Below the pieces are notes generated by a model. The model had not been told where the DNA came from. It ran no database searches and saw only the letters and a list, made by a program, of their open reading frames with translations. A program made the translations under genes and the position numbers. 64,000 nucleotides of DNA, taken from assembly GCA_043228905.1 (NCBI GenBank), contig JBHGNT010000004.1, positions 16,988,001 through 17,052,000 on the forward strand, in the 5' to 3' direction. Numbering within the stretch: position 1 is the first letter of the stretch; the number at the start of each line of letters is the position of its first letter. This DNA is from Azolla caroliniana (taxonomy: Eukaryota; Plantae; Polypodiophyta). Of the stretch, positions 61,601 to 64,000 are shown piece after piece.

Positions 61601-63755
61601 AAACAAAAGACCCTACAAAATTGTTAAACATTGAAAATTGCCAATTTATCTTGATAGCTCAAGATAGCAATTACCAAGTGTATAACAATTCGAGTGTCCA
61701 GGATCATGAATGCTTGTAACAGCCTAGAAGAGGCAATTCATGATAATATGATGCCAAAGTCCAAGGCATTCGGACCATCTCCCAACACCATGAATGGATA
61801 ACAGGAAAATAACAATGAAACCCACAAACCAATACCTAAACAAGTGCCAATTAAACAATGTATCTAAGAACCACCAGTTGACAACACCAAAATTTTGTCG
61901 CATGAGCATTGAATCCTGAGTCAACATATGTTAAAGTTTCATGGAAGATAGTTTCACACAAAGGAGTCACAAACATTTTGACTAAAGATCAAACCAAATT
62001 GGGCAACAAACACATACAAACTTCTTACTTTGCGCACAGGTGCCACTTGAGACTGCACAGTTATTCGACATTGAGAGTGCTGTTTTGAGCTGTGAGCAGC
62101 CTTCTGCGCATTACCTAGTAGTTTCCCTATCATTTCAATACCTAGTTTTCCAGCTTCAAAACTCTTGCAATTTAATATAGTATATATTTTGCTCATTACA
62201 AGTTCCAAGTGAACATTCTTCAATTAGGTTCACAAGCATCCCAACCTACAGACATAAAAAAATAACAAACATACTTCCACGCAGATGATCAGAGAGGTAA
62301 TTACACAGTGCATCAGGGGAACTATGAACATACACTATCAGAGTACATAGCATTATATTACAAAAACACTTGGAGGTGAATAGGACTATTGCAATGATGG
62401 GGACTACCAATTCTCATCAGTCATGATTCAAAGAATTGAGAAAAATAGAGAAACAGCCAGACATCATGCAGCAATATCAATCCCATGGCATTAATTTGCA
62501 CCGTTACTAAATATTTACCTAGGATCCAGCACCTTTCTATCTTTAGAACTGTCTGAAGAGACCAATGCATCTGCAGCACCAGGAGCTTCCTCTGACGAAA
62601 ATTCTCCGGAAGGCACACCCACAGATTCACCCCCAGTTAGAAGGAGAAGTTTTGGAAATGCTTTTGGCAGTTTCTCTCTTGAGGCATGCCCACATATTCC
62701 AACATTCATATTTCTCCATTTATCCTATCCAATAGTAAGATAACCAGTCATAAGTTCGATACTGTGAACTAAAATATCATGCGCTGGTGTAATAAATTTA
62801 CCATAATCACCTCTTCACTAGGACACCTCTACAGGTCCCTTAGACTCATTCACTTTATACATGTCTTAATATGCCATCATCACCAAAGTTTTAGCAGAAT
62901 AAGTGTTATAACTCCTGAAGTAAGACTAAGCAAGCCATCACTAGAATCTACTGGAGAGTGGTAGCAACTATTTATATGAGACAACAAAATGAGTGTGAAA
63001 CATTTCAAAGATATTTAGTAATTTATTCCTCTAAAGCAATACCAGCTCATGATTGTGTATTTCTCAGCAACTGAAAGTTGAGAAGAAGAACACACAAATT
63101 AATCTTTTTTGTAACATGAAAACCCTAGATAGGAACCACAAAATAACACAAATTACATATATTGCGCAGGATTAAACTTTGATTTAGAAGAAATACATTA
63201 AAAGTGAAAAAACATATTCAATCATGAAGAATGGAGCCTTCTTCTATGGGCATTGGCTTCCATCACAACTGTAGCCCCAACTCACAAGCACATACCTTCA
63301 GTCAGGTAAATAAAATCAATATGGGTAGTGCACTACTGTAGCAGTAAAGTAAACCTAATTTCCTCATCATGATAGATACAGAGAAACAAGTTTAAATGCA
63401 TTATTAAAGATCCATGGACACTTCACCTACAATTTGTAGAAACAAAATTACCAAAAGGCTATGAACCTTCCCCACAGGTGTGTTGTTCTCGTTCTACCAC
63501 ACATATCTATACCTTCAATTTCAAGATTTAAGGGCAATCTTGGAATCAGGCAAGAGAAATTTACTTTTGAACTAGGGTTTTCTCGTACAGCTATTGTGTG
63601 CTTACTTTGAGGTCCACATTTGAGCGAGTCGACAGCACAATTGCAAACTCGGGATCCTTCTGTATTGTTCTCCATTTGCCTGCCCCATGCTTATCTACTC
63701 CCGCCCTTAGAGCAGCTTCTTCTTCAGGTGTCCATTTCTGTTTGGGATTGCCCAT
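58679..63755 (-). CDS. TRB: Telomere repeat-binding factor / single Myb histone (SMH) protein, 5 exons, ~309 aa
   Basis: Exons 63755-63606, 62724-62519, 59743-59659, 59584-59501, 59083-58679, GT-AG and in frame. Telobox Myb [34 protein letters not shown]; H1/H5-like domain (GSS...[18 protein letters not shown]); coiled coil [14 protein letters not shown]. Confidence 0.94.
59812..60047. repeat. Intronic 118-bp tandem duplication in TRB
   Basis: GGGATGTCATATTTAATTAATTG... at 59812 and 59930. Confidence 0.9.
60797..61349. mobile_element. Degenerate MITE-like element in TRB intron 2
   Basis: Imperfect inverted ends TGTCAGTACAGTTTGGTTTG / CAAACCAAGCTGTTGACA and internal GGTTTGGTT motifs. Confidence 0.45.
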
Positions 63756-64000
63756 GTTCAGCAATCTGCCAGAAGGTCACTTATAGTTCTTTATAATCAC
63801 TCACAATGTCTCAAATACAAAATTCACTGCTTGAAGGTTGGACAAATATCATTCAAATAGAAACCCTAAATCCATGCCACAATACCACTCTCCAAAATAC
63901 CCTTAGCTACTCCTTAAATTGCTGCTCCCAAAATACCCTAATTTAAGGCTCAAATTTACCATTCATACAAAAATCCTAAATTCCCTCAATTATCACTCGT

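Overview
Eukaryotic, AT-rich land-plant nuclear DNA; the repeat and gene types suggest a non-flowering plant (inference). There are four supportable host genes: an intronless PRA1 (9.3-9.9 kb), a 5-exon PLIP-type class-3 lipase (12.6-16.1 kb), a 10-exon amidohydrolase_2 gene stretched over 29 kb (27051-56150) by transposon-filled introns, and a 5-exon single-Myb-histone/TRB gene on the minus strand (58679-63755). One orphan coiled-coil ORF also looks gene-like. The rest is largely transposons: a TIR-bounded Mutator-like element carrying a Ulp1 protease gene and sitting in a (TATG)n microsatellite, an L1/Tx1-type LINE with nested LTR pieces, hAT MITEs with 8-bp TSDs, stacked RTE/RTEX-like LINEs with (TTTC)n tails, a 326-bp satellite built from two of those LINEs, and two related Tnt1/Tork-type copia elements lying head-to-head in one intron. 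The most striking observations are a perfectly identical 560-bp tract, including crippling mutations, shared by the two otherwise diverged inverted copia elements, and head-to-tail stacking of the LINEs on their own tails. All alignments were done by eye and no database searches were run.
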